A stretch of DNA of 36,705 nt, taken from positions 1-36,705 of the forward strand of contig JBHLLU010000019.1 in the NCBI GenBank assembly GCA_048938895.1. Direction: 5' to 3'. A program made the position numbers and the translations under genes. The notes under the pieces are model-generated. The model worked only from the letters and a program-made list of their open reading frames with translations. It was not told the origin of the DNA and searched no databases. This DNA is from Promethearchaeota archaeon (GTDB lineage Archaea; Asgardarchaeota; Lokiarchaeia; Sigyniarchaeales; SOKP01). This document shows, piece by piece, positions 28,532-36,705 of the stretch (position 1 is its first letter; each line of letters begins with the position of its first letter).

Positions 28532-30205
28532 CTAAATTTTTTTCGATTCTTTGAATATTTCAAATATATCCATTTCATAATCTATAGTATCTTCTGGTAA
28601 TAAATTAGGATCTTTGATAAGTTTGGCTAGATAATAAATTTTTGCCCCCCTCTCAAGGTATTGTAAAACTGTATAAGCTCCCTTTAAGTGACTGCCACAA
28701 CATAAATTACCATGATTAGAGAGAAGTACTGCATTTCTCTCAGCTAAATCTTTAATAACATGCTCTGCTAATTCTTCTGAGCCTGCTTCTCCATATATAG
28801 CGCATGATACTTCACCACCGATATATGGGACTAGCTCTTCCATAATTGGTGGGAGGGAGAGATTTAAAGTACTGAGGATAGTAGAATATATACTGTGAGC
28901 ATGGATAATTGCATTAATATCATCTCTTGCCTTGTATACACTTAAATGCATATGTTTCTCTACTGAAGGATTTCTTTCTCCTTCTATAACTTTACCTTCC
29001 ATATCAATTATAAGAATATCCTCTGGTTTCATTTCAGTGTAGTTTACATTACTTGGTGTAATTAGAACAAATTCATTTTCGTCGTCTCTTACTCTTACAC
29101 TTACATTCCCTGCAGAACCAATTACATGCTTCTGCTTTAATAGAATTTTGCATAATTCAACTATATCTTTCTTCATTTCATTACTTTGTGATTTGGAAAT
29201 TAGATTTTTATTTGAATACACTTCGGGATTCATAATATTAGAAGGGATCTTATTGTTTAGCCATAATTTAATGTCATCCAAAATCATTTTAGATTGGCGT
29301 TCAATTATCTCAAATGTGTTTCCTCCAATATGGGGTGAAACAATGGAATTGGTAAATTCAAGGAATTCATTTTCCTCATCAATGGGTTCTAACGGGAATA
29401 CATCCAATGCTGCTCCAGCAATTTTTTTTTCTTTTAATGCTTTTTGTAGTGCTTCATAATCAACAATACTCCCCTTAGCGGTATTTATTAAATATGCTGT
29501 TTTTTTCATTGAATCAATACGAGTTTCATTTAGTAGATCATCGTTTTCATCTGTTGCACTAGCATGAATGGTTATAAAATCGGAATTTCTGACAAGGAAA
29601 TCAATATCGACTTTTTCACCATACTCATCAGTAATGTCTATAGCAACATAGGGATCATAAATTAGGAATTTAACACCAAAGGGTCTTAATCTCTTTGCTA
29701 CCCTAGAACCAATTTGGCCAAAACCTATTATACCCACCGTTTTTCCTCTTAATTCATTACCTTTAAATTCTTCATAATAATCAACCCAGTTTTCAAAATC
29801 TATAATCTCAAAATCTTTAGAATGAAGGATTCTATCGACTATATGAATGTTACGAGCAAGCATCAAAATATAGCAGACAGTCAAATCTGCAACAGCATCA
29901 ACATTTCTCAGTGGTGTATTAAGTACAGGAATTCCTTTTTCTGTTGCAGCTTTTAAATTAACATTATATGGATCCCCTCTACAAGAAATGAGAAGTTTTA
30001 AGTCAGTTAAATCATAGAATTCTTTTTTCTTTACATCATCAGTTTCAGTAATAAAGATGTCTATACCTTCTAACTTTTCTGCTAATTCTTTAGCATCAAA
30101 ATAAATTTCTCGAGTTTGAATCCATGGTTCATACTCAATTTCTATTAAATTTTTTAGTTCTTCAAGAACCTCTGGACTTATACTTGCGGTTACTAGAGCT
30201 TTCAT
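28532..30205 (-). CDS. Fusion: D-2-hydroxyacid dehydrogenase-like + class II aldolase
   Basis: GFGQIG, YDPY, INTAKG, LDVFPLEP, SPHIGG, then GNVS, PSVE..MH, HAHS, LSNHG. Confidence 0.9.
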   Translation of the reverse strand: MKALVTASISPEVLEELKNLIEIEYEPWIQTREIYFDAKELAEKLEGIDIFITETDDVKKKEFYDLTDLKLLISCRGDPYNVNLKAATEKGIPVLNTPLRNVDAVADLTVCYILMLARNIHIVDRILHSKDFEIIDFENWVDYYEEFKGNELRGKTVGIIGFGQIGSRVAKRLRPFGVKFLIYDPYVAIDITDEYGEKVDIDFLVRNSDFITIHASATDENDDLLNETRIDSMKKTAYLINTAKGSIVDYEALQKALKEKKIAGAALDVFPLEPIDEENEFLEFTNSIVSPHIGGNTFEIIERQSKMILDDIKLWLNNKIPSNIMNPEVYSNKNLISKSQSNEMKKDIVELCKILLKQKHVIGSAGNVSVRVRDDENEFVLITPSNVNYTEMKPEDILIIDMEGKVIEGERNPSVEKHMHLSVYKARDDINAIIHAHSIYSTILSTLNLSLPPIMEELVPYIGGEVSCAIYGEAGSEELAEHVIKDLAERNAVLLSNHGNLCCGSHLKGAYTVLQYLERGAKIYYLAKLIKDPNLLPEDTIDYEMDIFEIFKESKKI

Positions 30206-30249
30206 ATATACTACTCCTTTAAAAATCTTAAAAAATAAATGAATTATAG

Positions 30250-30600
30250 TTAAAAAAGTAAGCTCTTCAATTTAAGTAAATTTCGGATTTTCCCCTCAAC
30301 TATTTTTATTTGTCCCGTACTATATGCTTTTACAGCACCAATATCTTTGTTGAATAAATTAATTAAAACCTTTTCAGAACTAAATTCAATCTTAACGGGA
30401 GATTCTTCATTTCCAGAATCATCTTCAATGCTAATGCCCTGGTCTCCCTTAACAAAGATAAAAAATGAAGATTCAGTATCTAAAAAAGTAACTTTGATTG
30501 GTTCATTGTAGTTGGCTAATTTTCTTCTGACTTTTTCATTATTGTTGTATCGATCTTCAATTTCCTTTAAACAACTCTGAATATCTTCGAATTTTGACAA
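30250..30600 (-). CDS. SCP2 sterol/lipid-binding domain protein
   Basis: C-terminal LFNKDIGAVKAYSTGQIKIVEGKIRNLLKL matches the SCP2 A-x3-G-x-IK-x-G-x4-LKL pattern. TTG start with upstream GGGGA. Confidence 0.78.
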   Translation of the reverse strand: MSKFEDIQSCLKEIEDRYNNNEKVRRKLANYNEPIKVTFLDTESSFFIFVKGDQGISIEDDSGNEESPVKIEFSSEKVLINLFNKDIGAVKAYSTGQIKIVEGKIRNLLKLKSLLF

Positions 30601-30693
30601 TATTTATTATCCCCATCTTATAATGACTAATCTTAATAATTGATTGAATTATTGATTAAATTTTATCTTTTTGAAAAAATTCAAAGGTTAGAT

Positions 30694-32199
30694 TTAAAGA
30701 TGATCAAGTTTATTTTTTAAATGCTTCCATTGTGTAAAAATACTCTTATATTCAGCAGAAATAGAGGGATCAATATCAAAAGTTTCAAATTTCATAAGTT
30801 CATTACAGATTTTCTTATGATCAGGGTAATGATTTAATCCAATCAACGTATTAATTGTAGTACCAATAAAAGCTGAATCTCTGGTATAAGGTACTTTTAG
30901 TTGTGTGTTTAGAATGTTTGCTAGAATTTGACAAAATTCTTTGGATTTAGACATTCCTCCAGCACAGAATGTTGTTAGTGTTGATTTTGAAAATTTTTGT
31001 AGGGCAATATAGTTTTCGAGAATTCCGAAGCAGATACCTTCAATTACACTTCGCGCGAAGTTTTCTAACTTAGGTAATTCTTCCTCAATCATACTGGGAG
31101 GTTGAAACACAAAAACACCTCTTTTAATAGATGTTTGATCCTTTACTGCCATGAGTTCTGGCCCTAGATAAGTAAAAGTTGAACCTGCTCCGGGTGTAAC
31201 CCTTGACAAGAATTTATTAATAATTTCGTTTATATCCCCCTGAATATAGGGAAAGAATGTATCTTTGAACCAGTCATAAGCTCTTCCTGTACCCCCGGCA
31301 TTAGCCTCAATTAACCAATTGCCTTTTACTGCATGATATGCTGTCCAAAAATTAAGATTTGGATCAATGATTGGCTCATTTACCACTAAATTTACAGGAG
31401 CAGTAGTGCCTAAGCTAATCCCGATTTGATTTGGCTCGATCGCTCCCATACCAATTAAATTTGCTTGTGTGTCTCCACATCCTTTTATAATAGGAATCTT
31501 TTCTTTTGTTAGTCCAAATTCTTGCATTAATTCTGATCTCAAATTTCCTATTATTGCCCCGGAATCAATGATCTCTGGAAAAATTTCTGAATTAAGATTA
31601 AATCTATCTATTATTTCAATACTCCAATTTTTTTTCTTAATATCAAAAAGTTGTGATTCTCCTATTGATGTGTAGTCAGTATAACTTAATCCAGTTAACT
31701 TATAGTCGATCCAATCATCCAGCATTAGAATTTTATTGATTTTTTCAAATTTATCCTTTCGTTCTTCCTGAAACCATAATAAACGAGCTAATGTAAACAT
31801 TAAGGAAGGGCTATGAGCGGTTATATGAAATAGTTCTTCCTCAGAGAACTCATCTTCGATGAGATATGCTGAATCAATCCCCCGTATATCAGTGTTAGGG
31901 CCCCCATAAATCTCATTTCCTTTACTATCTAAAAAAATGGTGGCTACTCTTTGACCACATGAAGATATGCCGATAATGCTATTGGATTTATCTTTTTTTA
32001 GTACTTCTTTTATTCCATCCTTAATTTTTTTCCAAATACTATTCATATCAAGACGTTTAGCAAATCCATCGACATCTTCATTAATGATCTCATACTCTTG
32101 TGCTGATACTGACTTTAGTTCTAATTTATCAGAGACAAGACCAACTTTAACTTTTCTAGAAGATACATCAATCGAGAGAATATTTTTGGAATTTTCCAT
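30694..32199 (-). CDS. FGGY family carbohydrate kinase
   Basis: IDVSS..VK, GQR, DIR, LLWF, GDTQA, SLGT, IEGI, AGGMSKS. Confidence 0.9.
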   Translation of the reverse strand: MENSKNILSIDVSSRKVKVGLVSDKLELKSVSAQEYEIINEDVDGFAKRLDMNSIWKKIKDGIKEVLKKDKSNSIIGISSCGQRVATIFLDSKGNEIYGGPNTDIRGIDSAYLIEDEFSEEELFHITAHSPSLMFTLARLLWFQEERKDKFEKINKILMLDDWIDYKLTGLSYTDYTSIGESQLFDIKKKNWSIEIIDRFNLNSEIFPEIIDSGAIIGNLRSELMQEFGLTKEKIPIIKGCGDTQANLIGMGAIEPNQIGISLGTTAPVNLVVNEPIIDPNLNFWTAYHAVKGNWLIEANAGGTGRAYDWFKDTFFPYIQGDINEIINKFLSRVTPGAGSTFTYLGPELMAVKDQTSIKRGVFVFQPPSMIEEELPKLENFARSVIEGICFGILENYIALQKFSKSTLTTFCAGGMSKSKEFCQILANILNTQLKVPYTRDSAFIGTTINTLIGLNHYPDHKKICNELMKFETFDIDPSISAEYKSIFTQWKHLKNKLDHL

Positions 32200-32205
32200 T
32201 TCTCA

Positions 32206-32844
32206 CTATTTAAGATACTTTCTAATTATTTCTCCCCTCGGTGTCTCTTCTTCAAATAAAATTGCCTGAAAAGAGTAGATTTTTGTGTCTAAATTTTTCC
32301 AAGAATTTGCCGGGAGCATAGCTTTTTGACACGTATGTTTGAGAAACGTTTCAGCATCCCAATTCCTATCATAATCGACCGGAACCTGAGGCAGAAGTAA
32401 TCCTCTTTGCCATCCTCTTTCCGCAATTAATCCATCCCTTCCGATTACAATTTTATCAATATATTCCTTGGGATCTTTTACTTTGAGTAACTCGGGAGGA
32501 GTTAATATTGATAATTCAATTACAATATTATCCATTTCTTCAATAGTCACAGAAGGGAATCTAGGATCTTCTATTGCAGAACTAATTGAAACTTTATGGA
32601 TAACATCATAAAGTGTAAATTTAGGTTCAATATAACCGATGCAACCCCGTAATGGATTGCCAGATACATTATGTCTATTTAGGGTTACAAATGCCCCGAA
32701 TTTATCACTAAATTTTTCTTTAATATGTTCAGGAATTAGAATTGCTCTATTGTTTTTAAGAAAAAATTCAATATTTTCCCTTGCGAATTTGATTAATGTT
32801 TTGCCATCTTCAAGACTAAATTTCTCTTCGTAGGTCATTGTCAA
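32206..32844 (-). CDS. AMMECR1-domain protein (TIGR00296-like)
   Basis: GAFVTL, LRGCIG, EDPRF, IELSILT, GLLLPQV, TCQKA. Confidence 0.93.
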   Translation of the reverse strand: MTMTYEEKFSLEDGKTLIKFARENIEFFLKNNRAILIPEHIKEKFSDKFGAFVTLNRHNVSGNPLRGCIGYIEPKFTLYDVIHKVSISSAIEDPRFPSVTIEEMDNIVIELSILTPPELLKVKDPKEYIDKIVIGRDGLIAERGWQRGLLLPQVPVDYDRNWDAETFLKHTCQKAMLPANSWKNLDTKIYSFQAILFEEETPRGEIIRKYLK

Positions 32845-32891
32845 CTTCCTATATATGAGGTGAGTTATATATTAATATACTGTTTAGACAT

Positions 32892-34292
32892 TTATATTTT
32901 ATAACTTGCCCTTATAATGTTTCCAATAGGATTAATTTTTTCATTATTTATTTCTTTCCCTTTTAAGAACACCTTCCAAATTTTAACAGTAGAATTTTGG
33001 TTTTCAAAAGGAGAAAATTTAGCTTTTGATTTAAAATTTTGAGCTTTAATTGGGTATTGAAGCACTTTATCAATAATCATTAAATCCGCATCATAACCTT
33101 CTTTAATAAAACCCTTTTTATTTAAATTGAAAATCCTTGCTGGATTTTCAGAAGAACTCTTAACAAACTGTTCTAAAGCAAGTTTAAAATTAAAAATTTT
33201 ATCTAGCAACACTAACGGATAAGTATCAAAACCAGGGAAACCTGATGGTGCAGCTAAAAATTCTTGATTCTTTTCTTCTATTGTATGAGGTGCGTGATCA
33301 GAACCAATTAAAGGAATATTTCCTTCTACGAGCTCATTAAAAAGAAAATTCGTATTTTCAGAACTTCTCAATGGAGGTAACACTTTTCCGTAAGTATCTC
33401 TTTTCAATTTTATTCCATAAGACAAGATTAGGTGATGTGGGGTTATTTCAAAGGTAATTTTGAGATTACTATCTGATTTAATTGCATTCTGAATGATTTG
33501 ATATCCCTCAATAGAACTAACATGACAAAAGTGAATGATTGGATAGTACTGTGGATTTAGATCATTTGTATCAACAAAATTTTTATAATTATCAACTACA
33601 AATTCTATGTAATTTCGTTCCATCTTTATAGGATTTAATCGGTCATGGAGTTCTAATGAATGATATTTTTGAGTATTAATTTCGGTGAGTAAAGTATTTT
33701 TCTCACTTTCAGAGAGGGGAAATGCAGCATGGAAAAAAATAGGGACCTGGTATCTAGAGGAAATTTTTAAGATATTTTGGATGGAGTCTGGGTTATTCCA
33801 ATCAATATTATTCAAGGGACTTAATGGATATATTTTAAATCCGATAACTCCTAAATTTATGATTTTTTTTATTTCATCTTCATCAATATCATTAGGAACT
33901 CCCGCAATAAATCCAACATTCACATAAAGGTTAGTTGAGGCTTTTTCCATCCACTTCTTTACGAATTCCCATGTAATCGCAGGTGGTTTTGTATTCGGCA
34001 TATTAAAAACAGTTGTTATTCCAGAATAAGCTGCTGCTTTAGTTCCTGTTAAAAAGGTTTCTTTCTCACTTTGTCCCATATCTCGCAAATGAGAATGAAT
34101 ATCAATTATCCCGGGTAAAATCAATTTATTATCACAATTAATTTCCTCGTTATCTTCATTGTTTCTTGCTAATTTTATATAATCTTTATCTGTAGGATTA
34201 AAAATTACTGTTTTAATACTGCCACTGGCAATAAGAATAACTCCATTTTGTACTAATCCATCGGAATAAATTTTAGCGTTTTTTAAAAGCAT
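32892..34292 (-). CDS. pyrC: Dihydroorotase family amidohydrolase
   Basis: PGIIDIHSHLR, MPNTKP, CHVS, TPHHL, PPLR, SDHAPH, NPARIF. Confidence 0.85.
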   Translation of the reverse strand: MLLKNAKIYSDGLVQNGVILIASGSIKTVIFNPTDKDYIKLARNNEDNEEINCDNKLILPGIIDIHSHLRDMGQSEKETFLTGTKAAAYSGITTVFNMPNTKPPAITWEFVKKWMEKASTNLYVNVGFIAGVPNDIDEDEIKKIINLGVIGFKIYPLSPLNNIDWNNPDSIQNILKISSRYQVPIFFHAAFPLSESEKNTLLTEINTQKYHSLELHDRLNPIKMERNYIEFVVDNYKNFVDTNDLNPQYYPIIHFCHVSSIEGYQIIQNAIKSDSNLKITFEITPHHLILSYGIKLKRDTYGKVLPPLRSSENTNFLFNELVEGNIPLIGSDHAPHTIEEKNQEFLAAPSGFPGFDTYPLVLLDKIFNFKLALEQFVKSSSENPARIFNLNKKGFIKEGYDADLMIIDKVLQYPIKAQNFKSKAKFSPFENQNSTVKIWKVFLKGKEINNEKINPIGNIIRASYKI

Positions 34293-34304
34293 ATCGAAAT
34301 TAAC

Positions 34305-34955
34305 TCAACCTTGTTGATCGTTTCGAAAATTAATATACAAAATTTTATTTTCTATTGGTTTAATTTTAGAAAGAGATAATAAATATATATTTTTCATATG
34401 TGTTAATGCTTTTATAAAATCTAACAGTTGAGGGGTAATAAAATAAGTTGGGATTATATACAAACCTTTTTCCCCTTTAATTTTGAAATTTTCATCTAAA
34501 ACAGGGGTTTCTACTATTTCTTCGAGAGGTCTATAATCATCTGTTATGAAGTAAATATTCCCATTACTTTCGTTATTAAGAACTCTAAAAAATGATTTGT
34601 TATCTAAGAATTTCATACAATAAATACCTGGTGTCGACTTCATCATCTTAGCTTCATCTTTAATAGAAATAAGTCTCCCTTTTTCTATAGCTTTTAATAG
34701 TAAAAGAGCTTGAGAACGCTCATCTGGACCAAGATATCTTAATTCTTCACCTATAAAACTTAGAAGAAGATTATCTTCTTGGAAGTATAAATATAAATTA
34801 TTGTCTTTTCTGATAGAATATGATAAACAAAAAGTTTCCCTAATACATGAGCATATCTCATAGACTTCTTGAGGCGTATTTCCTTTATCTATCTGTTCTT
34901 TTGAGTATTTAACTGTTTTTTCTAGAATTAATAAGAAATCTACCAATCTAATCAA
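34305..34955 (-). CDS. Divergent TrmY-like (SPOUT, tRNA pseudouridine-54 N1-methyltransferase-like) protein
   Basis: FCLSYSIRKD, GEELRYLGPDERS, STPGIY match the central part of TrmY. C-terminal SAM-knot motifs are not recognisable. Confidence 0.65.
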   Translation of the reverse strand: MIRLVDFLLILEKTVKYSKEQIDKGNTPQEVYEICSCIRETFCLSYSIRKDNNLYLYFQEDNLLLSFIGEELRYLGPDERSQALLLLKAIEKGRLISIKDEAKMMKSTPGIYCMKFLDNKSFFRVLNNESNGNIYFITDDYRPLEEIVETPVLDENFKIKGEKGLYIIPTYFITPQLLDFIKALTHMKNIYLLSLSKIKPIENKILYINFRNDQQG

Positions 34956-34980
34956 GCTATATATGAGTAAAATGAGGATT

Positions 34981-36354
34981 CTAAAACTTACCTAATTTCT
35001 TCATAAAATCTGCCGCGGCTTTTCCTCCGGGCAAACCGGGCATTCCGGGCATACCCTTACCTTTTTTCTGCATCTGAAGGAATCTCTTCATAAACTTTTT
35101 CATTTGCTGGTATTGATCGAGCATTTTATTTATTACAGAATAATCTGTACCTGACCCAATAGCAATTCTTCTTTTCCTTGTCTTTTTTATTATTTTTGGC
35201 TCCATTTTTTCTTCATGAGTCATGGAATCTAACACAATTCTCCATCGTTCAAGATTTCTCTCAGCATCACCTTTTAACGCATCGGGTATGTTTCCTCCAC
35301 CCATCATTGTTAAAATTTGCTGAAATTTTCCAACCTTTTTAATTTGTGATAATTGTATATATAAATCTTCAAGCGTGAATTTTCCATGCATCATACGTCT
35401 GATGGTTTCATCATCTGGTATGATTTCTGCTTCCTCGACTTTTTGAATTAATGATTCAATGTCTGGGATACCAAGTAATGATCCTACAAATTTTGATGAT
35501 TCAAAATCTTCGAGATCATCTATTTTCTCTCCCACACCTATAAAACGAATACCTGCATTTGTAGCAGCACATGCAGATAAAGCACCTCCGCCTTTAGCAG
35601 TTCCATCTAATTTCGTAACAATTATACTTCCAATATTCGTTGTTTTATCAAATTCTTCAGCTTGACTAAAAGCTTGTTGACCAAGAGTTCCATCTATAAC
35701 TAGGCAGACTTCATTTGGTTTTAATTTTTGTTCAAGAATTGCCATTTCTTTCATTAATTCCTTTTCTTCCTTATGCCTACCTGCCGTATCAGCAATAATT
35801 ATATCATTCCCATCATTTATTGCTTTTTTAGTTTCTTGAATTGCAATTTTAATTGCATTTTTTTCATTAGGATTTCCATAGCATTTAACCCCAATCTGTT
35901 CTGTTAATTGAAGTAACTGTTCATAAGCTCCAGGTCGCCATGTGTCTGTAGTCAAAGCAGCAACTTTATACCCCTTACTTTTATAATATTTTGCTAATTT
36001 ACCAACGGTAGTTGTTTTACCAGATCCTTGGATTCCCACAAGTAATATCACATTCTTTTTGCCAGGTTTTATTCGTATAGGAGCTGGTTTTCCGCCTAAT
36101 AGATTAATAAGTTCATCATGGACTAATTTTATAATGAAATCCTTTCGTTTTGCCTTTTGGAGTTTGGTATTCATCGCTTCTTTTTTAATATTTTCAGTCA
36201 TCTGAAACACTAAATCGACTTTTACATCCGCAGTAAGAAGACTTCGTTGTAGATCCTGAATAAGGGCATTAATCGCATCTTTATCTACTAAAGGAAGTCG
36301 CCTAATCCTTCGTATTGCATTATCCAATTGTCTACCGAGATTTTCTAAAACCAT
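34981..36354 (-). CDS. srp54: Signal recognition particle protein SRP54
   Basis: GIQGSGKTTT, DTAGR, TKLDGTAKGGG, Met-rich M domain with RIAIGSG. Confidence 0.97.
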   Translation of the reverse strand: MVLENLGRQLDNAIRRIRRLPLVDKDAINALIQDLQRSLLTADVKVDLVFQMTENIKKEAMNTKLQKAKRKDFIIKLVHDELINLLGGKPAPIRIKPGKKNVILLVGIQGSGKTTTVGKLAKYYKSKGYKVAALTTDTWRPGAYEQLLQLTEQIGVKCYGNPNEKNAIKIAIQETKKAINDGNDIIIADTAGRHKEEKELMKEMAILEQKLKPNEVCLVIDGTLGQQAFSQAEEFDKTTNIGSIIVTKLDGTAKGGGALSACAATNAGIRFIGVGEKIDDLEDFESSKFVGSLLGIPDIESLIQKVEEAEIIPDDETIRRMMHGKFTLEDLYIQLSQIKKVGKFQQILTMMGGGNIPDALKGDAERNLERWRIVLDSMTHEEKMEPKIIKKTRKRRIAIGSGTDYSVINKMLDQYQQMKKFMKRFLQMQKKGKGMPGMPGLPGGKAAADFMKKLGKF

Positions 36355-36541
36355 TAAAACAGAGCCCTATATTTTTTTTGTAGTTGTAATAATTCTTAGA
36401 GACTAATATTTTTTATTATGATACCAAACTATATAATTAATTGAAAGAAATCTCATTATTAAAAACGTTTTGGTAGAATTTTTTTAGTTTGACGAATTAT
36501 AAAATTATAATAAAAAAGAACAAATTAAGGTTTAAAATTTA

Positions 36542-36705
36542 ATGTCTATTAGAAGAACAGAGATACAAAAGTTAAAAACAGGACAATATATTATGGTTGA
36601 TGAAGAGCCCTGTATAATCAAATCAACTGAGCGCTCTAAAAGCGGTAAACATGGTCATGCTAAAGTTAGAGTCGTATGTGTTGGTCTTTTTGACGATAAT
36701 AAACG
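36542..36705 (+). CDS. eif5a: Translation factor aIF5A/eIF5A, truncated by the window edge (not in the ORF track)
   Basis: ATG 36542: MSIRRTEIQKLKTGQYIMVDEEPCIIKSTERSKSGKHGHAKVRVVCVGLFDDNK, containing the hypusination motif GKHG. Confidence 0.95.
   Translation, partial: MSIRRTEIQKLKTGQYIMVDEEPCIIKSTERSKSGKHGHAKVRVVCVGLFDDNK

Noticed and set aside
35012-35057. GC-rich short repeat at the srp54 3' end
   Set aside because: It encodes the low-complexity GMPGMPGLPGG tail typical of SRP54 M domains.
549-35665. Short antisense or alternate-frame ORFs in the track (e.g. 549-767, 2576-2902, 11711-11992, 14977-15285, 29148-29459, 31967-32269, 35459-35665)
   Set aside because: They overlap well-supported genes and have no motifs, so they are shadow ORFs.

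Overview
An AT-rich (roughly 30% GC by eye), gene-dense archaeal chromosomal segment, most likely from an Asgard archaeon (Lokiarchaeia-like). That placement is an inference from archaeal core genes (rpoK/Rpo6, Hef, SRP54, aIF5A, geranylgeranyl reductase, an intron-containing tRNA) occurring together with eukaryotic-signature-type proteins (Rab-like GTPase, Roadblock/LC7, SDS22-type LRR, Vps29-like phosphoesterase) and SCP2 domains. I see no mobile element or CRISPR array. Highlights: (1) a tRNA-Val(CAC) with a 32-nt intron at non-canonical position 44/45, flanked by a clean bulge-helix-bulge; (2) a minus-strand cluster of FGGY kinase, stand-alone SCP2, a 2-hydroxyacid dehydrogenase/class II aldolase fusion, a DHDPS-like/APH-kinase fusion lacking the Schiff-base Lys, and a HAL2-like phosphatase, with a second aldolase, a TIM-barrel isomerase and a NikR-like regulator nearby, which may be an undescribed (lipid-linked) sugar/polyol pathway; (3) a beta-lactamase-family esterase with an SCP2-like domain inserted in it, next to geranylgeranyl reductase; (4) several apparently degenerate enzymes or regulators (TrmY-like, NikR-like). 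All family calls come from motif recognition by eye, with no database search.
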